Positions 26,914 to 37,805 of a DNA stretch of 40,000 nt are shown one piece after another. The stretch is from Clostridiales bacterium (GTDB lineage Bacteria > Bacillota > Clostridia > TANB77 > CAG-508): positions 1 through 40,000 of the forward strand of contig JABCPQ020000017.1 of assembly GCA_013333035.2 (NCBI GenBank). Reading direction: 5' to 3'. The position numbers and the translations under genes were made by a program. The notes beneath the pieces were generated by a model that made no database searches, was not told the origin of the DNA, and saw only the letters and a list, made by a program, of their open reading frames with translations. Each line of letters opens with the position of its first letter. Position 1 is the first letter of the stretch.

Positions 26914-28617
26914 CTACATTTTATCAGGAACTTGAATACCTAATAAATTCAAACCTCTATTTAAAACTTTATTAGTAACATATGTCAAATAAACTCTAGC
27001 ATCTTGTATTTTTTTATCATCACAAATAATTTTATCATTATTATAAAAAACACTAAAAGCTTTTGCTACATCAAGTAAATATCTAGAAATGAAAGAAGGT
27101 TCATTCTTTTCCAAAGCACTTTGCAATACTTCTTCAAAATTAGATAATACTTTTATCAAATTAAGAGATGAATCATCTATAAGAATACTAAAATCTATAT
27201 CTTTACTTATATCATTATCAACTTTCGCTAAAACACTATTTGTCCTAACAGCCATATATTGAACATATGGACCAGTATCACCTTGAAAACTAATAGCACT
27301 GTTCACATCAAAAACAGAATCTTTAACTCTGCTATCAAGCAAATTAGAGAATACTACAGCTCCAAGACCAACTTTTTTAGATACATCTTCAATATCCATA
27401 CCATCCAAATTATCTTTTTCTAAAATAACATCTCTTACTCTATTTATAGCATCTTCAAGTAAACCTTCAACTTCAACAAAATTACCTTTTCTAGTAGACA
27501 TCTTGCCTTCAGGTAATCTAAGCATTCCATATCCAACAAATTCCAAGCCATCAATATACTTTTTATCAATTCCCATAATTTTAGCAATTGCAAAAATTTG
27601 TTTAAAATAAAGAGCTTGTTCATTTCCAATAACATATAAACATTTATCAAAATCAAAATTACTCGTTCTATATAGAATAGAAGCTAAATCCCTAGCAGCG
27701 TAAATTGAAGCACCATTTGATTTCTTAACAATACATGGTGTATCAATACCCTCAGGTGTCAAATCAACAATCATTGCATTTTCTGATTCAATCATTCTAC
27801 CTGTCTTTTCCAAAACTTCATACATTTCTGGAATCTTATCAATATAAAATGATTCTCCGATTATTTTGTCAAATTTTACTCCCAACAAATCATATATTTT
27901 ATTAAAATCAATCATCGAATATTTAGTAAATTCATCTCTTAATTTAACATATTCAGGATTTCCATCTTCCAATTGTTTAAATGTTTCTCTAGATTCCTCT
28001 AAAACAGATTCATCCTCTGCACAAAGTTGATTAATTCTAACATACATCTCAGCAAGTTTTTTAATAGGATTCTCATTTAAATCATATTCATTTCCCCACC
28101 TTTTATATGCTTCTATTAATTTAGCAAATTGAGTACCATAATCACCTAAATGATTCCAACTAATTACATTATAACCTTGAAATCTATATAAATTATCAAG
28201 AGCATGTCCAAGTACAGTATTTTTCAAATGACCAATATGAAATGGTTTAGCAATATTAGGTGAAGAATATTCGACAATAACTGTTTTACCTTTACCAATA
28301 TTAGTACTACCATAATTTTCATTAGCATTAAATTTATCAAAAAAACTTTTAACTATAATAACCTTATTAATATAAAAATTCAAAAAGCCAGAAACTACAT
28401 CAACTTTTTCAAATATTTCATCAATATTCAAACCATCTTTAATCAAATTTGCAATATCAACAGGAGATTTCCTCAACTCTTTAGCCAATCTAAAACATGG
28501 AAATGAATAATCCCCATTAGCATTATCTTTTGGAACTTCAATATAACTTTTTAATTCATTTGCATCAATATTTATAACATCACTAATTTTATTTGCGATA
28601 ATCTCCTTAAAATCCAT
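26914..28617 (-). CDS. argS: arginyl-tRNA synthetase
   Basis: EYSSPNIAKPFHIGHL (HIGH region), MSTRKG (KMSK-like), and the C-terminal DALR anticodon-binding region EPSFISRYLLDVAKAFSVFY. Confidence 0.95.
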   Translation of the reverse strand: MDFKEIIANKISDVINIDANELKSYIEVPKDNANGDYSFPCFRLAKELRKSPVDIANLIKDGLNIDEIFEKVDVVSGFLNFYINKVIIVKSFFDKFNANENYGSTNIGKGKTVIVEYSSPNIAKPFHIGHLKNTVLGHALDNLYRFQGYNVISWNHLGDYGTQFAKLIEAYKRWGNEYDLNENPIKKLAEMYVRINQLCAEDESVLEESRETFKQLEDGNPEYVKLRDEFTKYSMIDFNKIYDLLGVKFDKIIGESFYIDKIPEMYEVLEKTGRMIESENAMIVDLTPEGIDTPCIVKKSNGASIYAARDLASILYRTSNFDFDKCLYVIGNEQALYFKQIFAIAKIMGIDKKYIDGLEFVGYGMLRLPEGKMSTRKGNFVEVEGLLEDAINRVRDVILEKDNLDGMDIEDVSKKVGLGAVVFSNLLDSRVKDSVFDVNSAISFQGDTGPYVQYMAVRTNSVLAKVDNDISKDIDFSILIDDSSLNLIKVLSNFEEVLQSALEKNEPSFISRYLLDVAKAFSVFYNNDKIICDDKKIQDARVYLTYVTNKVLNRGLNLLGIQVPDKM

Positions 28618-28623
28618 ATTCTT

Positions 28624-29763
28624 TTAATCTCCTAAACAAATTCCTATATCTCTAGCTGTTTGAACTAACGGATGATCCATTGTTACAACTCTAACATTAC
28701 TATCCTCTGTTCCACCTTCAACAGCACCAAGTTTTTTATTGTTACCAACAACATTCTCTAAATCAACATAAGTAAATTTTCCGCCTTTCATAACAGTTAA
28801 TACTCCAAATTTACCTTCTAATGCAAGCTCCATAGCTTTAGCACCATATTGTGTTGATAGAACTCTATCATATGCAGATGGTGTACCACCTCTTTGCATA
28901 TATCCAAGTGTTGTGTTTCTACTTTCAAGACCAGTCAATCTTTCTAACTCTTTAGCAACTCTATCACCGGCACCTGCAAACTTAGTAGAAATACCACTTC
29001 CCTCATCTATATTAGCCTCATAGACAGATGATTCACCATTAATAGGTTTAGCACCTTCTGAAACAACAATTACACTAAATTGTTTTCCTTCTGAAATCCT
29101 ATTATTTATCATATCAACAACTTTATTAATATCATAAGGTATTTCTGGAATTAAAGCAGCATCTGCACCACCTGATATAGCTGACTCAAGTGCAATCCAA
29201 CCAGCAAACCTACCCATAACTTCCAATACCATGATTCTATGATGAGTTTCTGCAGTAGTATGCAATCTATCAAGTGCATCTGTCGCAACTTGAACAGCAG
29301 TATTATATCCAAATGTTATATCAGTACATGCAACATCATTATCTATAGTTTTAGGTACACCAATCATATTAATACCTTTAACAAATAAATCCCTTGCAGA
29401 CTTTTGTGTACTATCACCACCAAGTGCGAAAACACAATCAAATCCATCATTTTTAATATTTTCAACACATAAATCAGACAAATCCTTATATTCTGTAGTT
29501 CCATCAGGATTTTCTATTTTATAATTAAAAACAATCGTATTTGTAGATGATCCAATAATTGATCCTCCTTTTGGCAACAAGCCATTAGCAATTGGATTAT
29601 TATCAAGTCTAATATAATCATTTTTTATTAGACCTCTAAAACCATCTATAAATCCATAACATTCAATATTTTTTTCTTTAGCTGTCTTCATTATTCCTCT
29701 AATAACAGGATTTAATCCAGAACAGTCACCACCATTAACTAATATTGCAACTTTTTTAATCAT
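28624..29763 (-). CDS. pfk: 6-phosphofructokinase (phosphoryl donor uncertain)
   Basis: VAILVNGGDCSGLNPVIRG, LGGDSTQ, GVPKTIDNDV, EVMGRFAGWIAL, LGYMQRGG. Confidence 0.9.
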   Translation of the reverse strand: MIKKVAILVNGGDCSGLNPVIRGIMKTAKEKNIECYGFIDGFRGLIKNDYIRLDNNPIANGLLPKGGSIIGSSTNTIVFNYKIENPDGTTEYKDLSDLCVENIKNDGFDCVFALGGDSTQKSARDLFVKGINMIGVPKTIDNDVACTDITFGYNTAVQVATDALDRLHTTAETHHRIMVLEVMGRFAGWIALESAISGGADAALIPEIPYDINKVVDMINNRISEGKQFSVIVVSEGAKPINGESSVYEANIDEGSGISTKFAGAGDRVAKELERLTGLESRNTTLGYMQRGGTPSAYDRVLSTQYGAKAMELALEGKFGVLTVMKGGKFTYVDLENVVGNNKKLGAVEGGTEDSNVRVVTMDHPLVQTARDIGICLGD

Positions 29764-29772
29764 CTTATCTCC

Positions 29773-30624
29773 TTACCTTTTCCTTAGTATTTTTTTTATA
29801 ACAACAATAATAATTATAACTAATACAACTGCAATAGCACATAATGCTGCTACAGTAGAACTAGTGTCTTTAAATATCTGCGAAAAGCCCAACTTAATTT
29901 TAGCAATCCAATCATTTGGATTATTAACAACAACTTCTTTAAGAGTTGAAATCTCAACATTTAATTGATATGTAACAACATCTGAATCCTTACTAACTAA
30001 AATTGTAATAACATTTGTTCCAACCGTTAAACTAGAATCATTACCTATTATTTCAACATTAGCAGAATCTGTATTTGCTTTAGCTTTAATTTTTAAAGGT
30101 TGAACATCATTTTGATTTATCTTAATATTATAATTATACTTTTTAGGCGAAAATGCACTTTCAAACTTAGCACCATCAATTTCCAAACTTTTTAAACTAA
30201 TATTAGAATCCTTTTGTTTTGTAACGTGAATTTTATACGTCTTAGTAAGTTCTCTTTCACTTTTTACAGTAATTATAATATCATTTTCAGTTCCTTTTAA
30301 ATTACTATCACCAGAAATCGTAACTTTTGCACCATCATTTTCTGGTAACGCTGTAACTTTTAACGAATTAACGTCATTTGATACAGTCAAATAATAATCA
30401 ATAGTATTTTTATTAAAAACAGGATTAATCTCATATCCATCAATTGCCAAAGTCTTTAAATTTCTATTTCTTAATCTATCATATTCTGCTTGCTTTTCAG
30501 GTGATAGTACTTTTTGCTTATCAAACGTTGTAGTAGTATTAGCATTAACATCTTTCTCAATGAATATTGTGAACATTGAAAAAGAAACAAGTATTATTAA
30601 AAATATTTTCAAAAATTTTTTCAT
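29773..30624 (-). CDS. surface protein with two cadherin-like beta-sandwich repeats, a signal peptide and a C-terminal TM anchor
   Basis: Repeats LKTLAIDGYEINPVFNKNTIDYYLTV... and LKSLEIDGAKFESAFSPKKYNYNIKI.... C-terminus AALCAIAVVLVIIIIVVIKKILRKR. Start placed at the ATG at 30624 (GGAG 6 nt upstream); the ORF-track start is a TTG inside the RBS. Confidence 0.65.
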   Translation of the reverse strand: MKKFLKIFLIILVSFSMFTIFIEKDVNANTTTTFDKQKVLSPEKQAEYDRLRNRNLKTLAIDGYEINPVFNKNTIDYYLTVSNDVNSLKVTALPENDGAKVTISGDSNLKGTENDIIITVKSERELTKTYKIHVTKQKDSNISLKSLEIDGAKFESAFSPKKYNYNIKINQNDVQPLKIKAKANTDSANVEIIGNDSSLTVGTNVITILVSKDSDVVTYQLNVEISTLKEVVVNNPNDWIAKIKLGFSQIFKDTSSTVAALCAIAVVLVIIIIVVIKKILRKR

Positions 30625-30694
30625 AAAAAACTCCAATTATTATATTATAAATTCATTATTAAAATTATACAATTATATAAAATTTAATTCAACA

Positions 30695-31990
<1,296 letters not shown>

Positions 31991-32009
31991 TCATATAATA
32001 TAAAATATA

Positions 32010-33062
32010 TTAATAATCAAGCATCATCGCTTTTTTAACTTCTCTCAATGTTTCTTTTGCAGTCATTCTAGCCTTATCAGTTCCAGCAAGTAAAATTTCT
32101 TTAACTTCATCAGGTCTAGACTCGTAATAAGATCTTTTAGCTCTAATTGGATCAAGAGTTCTATTTATACTATCAATCAATTGCTTTTTACAAGCGACAC
32201 ATCCTCTTTTTCCAGCTTTACACTCAGCACAAATATTTTTGCACTCCTCTTTATCTGTAAATAAATTATGATAATAATACACTGCACAAACATCTGGATG
32301 TCCAGGATCATCCTTTTTAATTCTAGCCGGATCAGTTTTAGCAAGCATAACTTTTTCTTTTACAATGTCAGGTGTATCAACTAAATATAAAGCATTTCCT
32401 AAGGATTTACCCATTTTAACTCCACCATCAAGACCTCTAATTCTTGAATTTTTAGAAATAACTGCAACTGGTTCTTTTAAAACGCCTTCACCATAAATAG
32501 AATTAAATTTCCTAACAATCTCTCTAGCTTGTTCAATTAAAGGTAATTGATCCTCACCAACAGGTACTATCTCTCCTTTAAAAGCTGTAATATCAGCTGT
32601 TTGGCTTACAGGATATCCAATAAATCCGTATGTAACACTCTCACCAAACAACTCCTTTTTAGCAGCAATTTCAGTCTTAATTGTCGGATTTCTTTCAAGC
32701 CTAGCCATAGTAACTAGATTAGAATAATATATAGTTAATTCAGGAATTTCAGGTATCATTGATTGAACAAAAAAAGTAACTTTATTAGGATCAATTCCAA
32801 CAGATAGTTGATCAAGTAATATCTCCTCTACATTTTTTCTCACTTTTGCAGGATTATTGAAATTATCAGTTAAAGCTTGAACATCTGCAATCAAAATATA
32901 TGTATCAAATTTATCTTGAAGATCAACTCTTGATAATAATGAACCAAAATAATGTCCAATATGCATATTACCCGTAGGTCTATCACCTGTTAAAATTCTC
33001 TTTGATTTATCAGGTATAACATCATCTAAAAATATTCTACCTTCATTTTCTTCAATATTCAT
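32010..33062 (-). CDS. trpS: tryptophanyl-tRNA synthetase with a Cys-rich (Fe-S-type) insertion
   Basis: HIGH (res 34-37), KMGKS (216-220), and six Cys between residues 259 and 291. Confidence 0.95.
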   Translation of the reverse strand: MNIEENEGRIFLDDVIPDKSKRILTGDRPTGNMHIGHYFGSLLSRVDLQDKFDTYILIADVQALTDNFNNPAKVRKNVEEILLDQLSVGIDPNKVTFFVQSMIPEIPELTIYYSNLVTMARLERNPTIKTEIAAKKELFGESVTYGFIGYPVSQTADITAFKGEIVPVGEDQLPLIEQAREIVRKFNSIYGEGVLKEPVAVISKNSRIRGLDGGVKMGKSLGNALYLVDTPDIVKEKVMLAKTDPARIKKDDPGHPDVCAVYYYHNLFTDKEECKNICAECKAGKRGCVACKKQLIDSINRTLDPIRAKRSYYESRPDEVKEILLAGTDKARMTAKETLREVKKAMMLDY

Positions 33063-33071
33063 TCAAACCTC

Positions 33072-33380
33072 CTAGAAATTTTTATTAACTGTCAATCTAA
33101 TTAACAAATCCACATCATCATCTTCTGCAGATTTATTCTTTCTCACTTCATTACATTTATCACATTTATAAACAATATCAAATCCATCTTTAGTTGGGAT
33201 AGTTTGTACAGGTCTTAAAATACCTTTACAATCCTCTGCTCTATCACCTGGAAGTTTATCAACATGTTTAGAACACAAACAATATGGACAATGATCCCTT
33301 GATGAATAAATCAATTTATCAACTTTCTTTCCACAATTTTCACAAACAAAAGATTCATCTCTTTTAGTAAAGTTTTTCAT
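33072..33380 (-). CDS. RNHCP-domain zinc-ribbon protein
   Basis: FVCENCGKKV ... SRDHCPYCLCSKHVDKLPGDRAEDCKGILRP ... YKCDKCN matches the RNHCP family pattern (here RDHCP). Confidence 0.6.
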   Translation of the reverse strand: MKNFTKRDESFVCENCGKKVDKLIYSSRDHCPYCLCSKHVDKLPGDRAEDCKGILRPVQTIPTKDGFDIVYKCDKCNEVRKNKSAEDDDVDLLIRLTVNKNF

Positions 33381-33391
33381 ATTACCCCTTA

Positions 33392-35038
33392 TTAATAATC
33401 AAAAATACTTCCATCAATAAATTCTCTTAATATAGAATTCATTGGAATTGCTCTTTCATCATCTATCTCTTCAAAATATTTCAAAAAAGCAATTAAACGT
33501 TTAGCTTCAGAATATTCTTTTTCACTAGAATCAATTTCTTCCAATAATGGTAATGCATATTTTGAAAGAATAGCTAATTCATAAACTAATGAACTATTAA
33601 ACATAACATCAGCATTTTCTTGAAATGGAAAAATATTCTTATCTTCACCAGCATTAACACTTGGCCAACGTCTTAAAGTTTCAAGTGCCGAATATCCTCT
33701 AAAATTATAATCTCTAACAATTCTTCTAATTAATCTAGTATCAGTCGTCGAAATTCTATTAAAATAATCTATATTTAAAACAGTTAAATCACTAATATAA
33801 ATTTTAAATTTTTCATTATCAGGAATACTTGCAGTTAATTTATCATTTAAACAATGAATTCCTTCAATAACTAAAACTTCATCTTCCTTTAATGACATTT
33901 TATTTCCCAAAAATTTCTTAGAACCAATCTTAAAATCAAATGTAGGAACTTCAATTTCTTCTCCCTCAATAAGCTTAGTCAAATGATCATTAAACAAATT
34001 CAAATCAAGAGCATCAATTGTTTCAAAATCATAATCACCATTTTCATCACGAGGTGTATCAGGTCTTTCAACAAAATAATTATCAGTGCCAATTGTAACA
34101 GGTTTTAATCCATTTATTCTAAGTTGAATTCCAAGTCTTTTTGCAAATGTCGTTTTACCAGAAGATGATGGTCCTGCAATTAAGACTAACTTAATTCCAT
34201 CCTTAGCCGCAATTTTATCAGCAATTTCAGCAATTTTCTTTTCATGTAAAGCTTCTGACATTAAAATAACTTCATTAGTCTTACCATCTTTAATTCTATT
34301 ATTTAAATGATAAATTGTATTAATATTCATCAAAGCATTAATATCATCATATTCTTTTAATGCTGATAAAAATTTCTTACTTTCCTTAAATTCACCAACC
34401 TGTGTTGGATCCTTTCTACTTGGATATTGAACAATAAATCCATGTCTATATAATTTAATATCAAATAAATCTAAAACACCTGTAGAGCTTGGCATAACTC
34501 CATAAAAATAATTATAATAATCATTGCAAAAATATAATGAAACATTTTCTTTATTTTTATTATCAATCTGTAAGATACCTCTAATAGTTTTTTCTTCTTT
34601 ATAAAAACTAACTGCTTCATCATGTGTCATAACAACTTTTCTGATTTTTAAATCAGCATTAATTAATTCCTGCATTTTCTCTTTAACTTCATCAATCATT
34701 TCTTCAGTAACATCCATATTATCTATCTGACAGAACATTGAATTAGACAATTGAAAATTAACATTCAAATAACTCTCTGGATAAAGTTCATTAAAAGCCA
34801 TGCCCATTACAAACAACAAGCCCCTAATATAAATCTTCATTCCATCTTTATCAGTAATATCAATTAAATCTATTTTATCACCATCATTAACTTTTGTATC
34901 AAGTGATTTAATCTCATTATTTATCTTACCTGCAACAATATGTTTTTTGTAAAAATCAAGATTTGTTTTAAACATTTCTCCGATCGTAACATCATCTTTC
35001 ATTATTCCAATTTCTGCATTTTGATAAAAAACTTTCAT
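33392..35038 (-). CDS. TGS/ThrRS-like N-terminal domain fused to a uridine-kinase/PRK-type nucleoside kinase
   Basis: The N-terminal ~250 aa resembles the ThrRS TGS plus second additional domain. Then Walker A GPSSSGKTT and udk-like DNYF ... VIEGIH ... RRIVRD. Confidence 0.75.
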   Translation of the reverse strand: MKVFYQNAEIGIMKDDVTIGEMFKTNLDFYKKHIVAGKINNEIKSLDTKVNDGDKIDLIDITDKDGMKIYIRGLLFVMGMAFNELYPESYLNVNFQLSNSMFCQIDNMDVTEEMIDEVKEKMQELINADLKIRKVVMTHDEAVSFYKEEKTIRGILQIDNKNKENVSLYFCNDYYNYFYGVMPSSTGVLDLFDIKLYRHGFIVQYPSRKDPTQVGEFKESKKFLSALKEYDDINALMNINTIYHLNNRIKDGKTNEVILMSEALHEKKIAEIADKIAAKDGIKLVLIAGPSSSGKTTFAKRLGIQLRINGLKPVTIGTDNYFVERPDTPRDENGDYDFETIDALDLNLFNDHLTKLIEGEEIEVPTFDFKIGSKKFLGNKMSLKEDEVLVIEGIHCLNDKLTASIPDNEKFKIYISDLTVLNIDYFNRISTTDTRLIRRIVRDYNFRGYSALETLRRWPSVNAGEDKNIFPFQENADVMFNSSLVYELAILSKYALPLLEEIDSSEKEYSEAKRLIAFLKYFEEIDDERAIPMNSILREFIDGSIFDY

Positions 35039-35058
35039 TCGTATATCTCCTCTTTATT

Positions 35059-37782
35059 TTATTTAATTTTATCTTTCATTTTTTGTAAAATATTTAAAGC
35101 CTCAATTGGTGTAATAGAATCTAAATGTACACCATCCAATTCTGACGCAATCTCTGCTAATTTATAATTATACATACTTAACTGCCCTGCATTTTCTGCT
35201 TTTTCACTTTTAGTTTCAGCTTTTCCATTCATAATATTTTTCTTTTCAAGCTTAAATAAAATTTCATTAGCTCTATTAGTAACTTCTTTTGGAACACCTG
35301 CTAACTTTGCAACATGGATACCATAACTTTCATCAGTACCACCTTCAACAATTTTTCTTAAAAAGATAATATCTTCTCCTCTTTCTTTAACAGTAATATG
35401 ATAATTCTTTGTTCCTTCAATCTTTCCTTCTAATCCAACTAATTCATGATAATGTGTTGCAAACAATGTCTTGCATTTCAACTTAGAAACATATTCAGCA
35501 ACAGCCCAAGCTATAGAAAGACCATCATATGTTGAAGTACCTCTACCAATTTCATCTAAAATAACTAAACTTCTATCAGTAGCATTTTTCAATATATTAG
35601 CAACTTCCATCATCTCAACCATAAAAGTACTCTCACCACTACTTAAATCATCAGAAGCTCCAACTCTAGTAAAAACTTTATCAACAACACCAATATGTGC
35701 ATATTCAGCAGGTACAAAAGAACCAATCTGTGCCATAATAGTAATTAATGCAACTTGTCTCATAAAAGTTGATTTACCAGCCATATTAGGACCGGTTATA
35801 ATATTTAATCTATTCTCATTAGAATTCAATAATGAATCATTTTGAACAAAATCACCATAAGGTATTATTTTTTCAACAACTGGATGTCTTCCATTTTTAA
35901 TATCAATCAAATCATCATCAACTACATCTGGCTTACAATAATTAAGCTCATTTGCAACATTTGCAAGTCCTTGAATAACATCTAATTTAGAAATAGCACT
36001 AGCTGTTCTTTGAATTCTTTTTGCATTTGATTGAATCTCATTTCTAATATTAACAAACTCATCATATTCAAGTGCTATAATCTTCTCTTTAGCACCTAAA
36101 ATTTCATTCTCCATTTTTTTCAATTCTTCAGTGATATATCTTTCACCAGTAGTAAGAGTCTGTTTTCTAATATATCTATCTTCTGGAATATCTTTAACAT
36201 TAGATTTGCTAACTTCAATATAATATCCAAAAATTTTATTATATCCAATTTTTAAATTCTTAATTCCAGTAAGCTCTTTTTCTCTTATTTCAACATTCGC
36301 AAGCCATTGTTTACCATTTGTTGTAGCTTCAATCAATTCATCAATCTCGGGTTTATATCCTTTTTTAATTAATCCCCCCTCTTTTACTGTTAATGGAGGT
36401 TCTTCAACAATTGAATTTTCAATCAATTCATATATATCAGTTAACACATCAAGTTCAGCATCAACATTTCTTAAAAATTCACTATTTACATTCTTAATAA
36501 CATCCTTCAAATTTGGTAACTGCATTATAGAATTTTTTAAAGAAATCAAATCTCTTGCATTAACAGTTCCATAAGAAATCTTTCCTGCCAATCTTTCAAT
36601 ATCATAAATACTCTTTAAAGATTCAACAATTCTATCACTCAATAATAAATCATTTTTAATTTCTTCAACAGCATCAAGCCTTAAATTAATATCATCAACA
36701 TTCACAAGTGGATCATTAATCCATCTTCTAATTAAACGTCCTCCCATAGAAGTCTCTGTCTTATCCAAAACCCAAAGCAATGTTCCCTTTTTACTTTTAT
36801 CTTTAAGTCTTTCAGTTAACTCTAAATTTCTTCTAGAATTAATATCCAAAGCCATATATTTAACAACTTCATATAAAACAATTTTATTCAGATTTTCAGG
36901 CTTAATTTTTTGAGTTTCTTCAACATATTTCAGTAAAATTCCTATAGCATTAACTGCTAAATATCTATCACTAATATTCTTAATCAAATTTCCCTGTTCA
37001 TCAATAATATCAAAAGTATTATGAATCGTTTCATCATCAAATTTATCATCAAGTTTAGTCATTGAACTTTTCATATTAAAAAAATCAGGAACAAAATTTT
37101 TATCAGATTCAATATCAGTTTTTTCTATATTTTTATCAACTGAAACAAAAACTTCAAATCTATTTTTAATTTCACTAATTTCATTAACACTATCATTCAT
37201 ATATTCATTAATAATTAATTCAGAAGGAGTAAATCTTGAAATCTCATTAATCAATTTCTGAAAATTATTATCAGACTTAATTTCAGTTGCATAAGCATCA
37301 CCTGTTGAAATATCAAAAGCAGCAATTCCATAATATATGCCATCTTTAAATACAGACATAATATAATTATTCTTTTTTTCATCAAGCAAATTACCATCAG
37401 TAATTGTTCCAGGCGTCATAATCTTTATAACATCTCTTTTAACTATACCTTTAGCATTTTTAGGATTTTCAAGTTGCTCACAAATAGCAACCTTATATCC
37501 ATTTTGAACAAGTCTTGAAGCATATATCTCACCAGCATGATACGGAATTCCACACATTGGTGCACGATTTTCCCTACCACATTCCTTACCAGTTAATGTA
37601 AGTTCCAGTTCCCTTGAAACATTAATCGCATCATCAAAAAACATTTCATAAAAATCGCCAAGTCTATAAAAAAGTACACAATCTAAATACTTAGATTTAG
37701 TTTCCAAATAATGTTGCATCATAGGTGAGAATGTAGTGATATTTTTAATTGCATCAACCGTAGATATTTCTTCATACTTCAT
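35059..37782 (-). CDS. mutS: DNA mismatch repair protein MutS
   Basis: TPMMQHYLETKSKY ... FYRLGDFYEMFFDDA (mismatch-binding F-x-E), Walker A GPNMAGKST, STFMVEM, DEIGRGTSTYDG, ATHYHEL. GGAGAG RBS 7 nt upstream. Confidence 0.97.
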   Translation of the reverse strand: MKYEEISTVDAIKNITTFSPMMQHYLETKSKYLDCVLFYRLGDFYEMFFDDAINVSRELELTLTGKECGRENRAPMCGIPYHAGEIYASRLVQNGYKVAICEQLENPKNAKGIVKRDVIKIMTPGTITDGNLLDEKKNNYIMSVFKDGIYYGIAAFDISTGDAYATEIKSDNNFQKLINEISRFTPSELIINEYMNDSVNEISEIKNRFEVFVSVDKNIEKTDIESDKNFVPDFFNMKSSMTKLDDKFDDETIHNTFDIIDEQGNLIKNISDRYLAVNAIGILLKYVEETQKIKPENLNKIVLYEVVKYMALDINSRRNLELTERLKDKSKKGTLLWVLDKTETSMGGRLIRRWINDPLVNVDDINLRLDAVEEIKNDLLLSDRIVESLKSIYDIERLAGKISYGTVNARDLISLKNSIMQLPNLKDVIKNVNSEFLRNVDAELDVLTDIYELIENSIVEEPPLTVKEGGLIKKGYKPEIDELIEATTNGKQWLANVEIREKELTGIKNLKIGYNKIFGYYIEVSKSNVKDIPEDRYIRKQTLTTGERYITEELKKMENEILGAKEKIIALEYDEFVNIRNEIQSNAKRIQRTASAISKLDVIQGLANVANELNYCKPDVVDDDLIDIKNGRHPVVEKIIPYGDFVQNDSLLNSNENRLNIITGPNMAGKSTFMRQVALITIMAQIGSFVPAEYAHIGVVDKVFTRVGASDDLSSGESTFMVEMMEVANILKNATDRSLVILDEIGRGTSTYDGLSIAWAVAEYVSKLKCKTLFATHYHELVGLEGKIEGTKNYHITVKERGEDIIFLRKIVEGGTDESYGIHVAKLAGVPKEVTNRANEILFKLEKKNIMNGKAETKSEKAENAGQLSMYNYKLAEIASELDGVHLDSITPIEALNILQKMKDKIK

Positions 37783-37805
37783 AAAACAACTCTCCTTTTT
37801 GATAA

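Noticed and set aside
27444-27656. 70-aa same-strand alternative-frame ORF inside argS
   Set aside because: It is an out-of-frame overlap within a canonical ArgRS coding sequence, with no independent signals.
28618-28623. T-box leaders upstream of argS (and of trpS at 33063-33071)
   Set aside because: Only 6 nt and 9 nt separate these genes from the preceding CDS, so there is no room for a ~200-nt T-box riboswitch.
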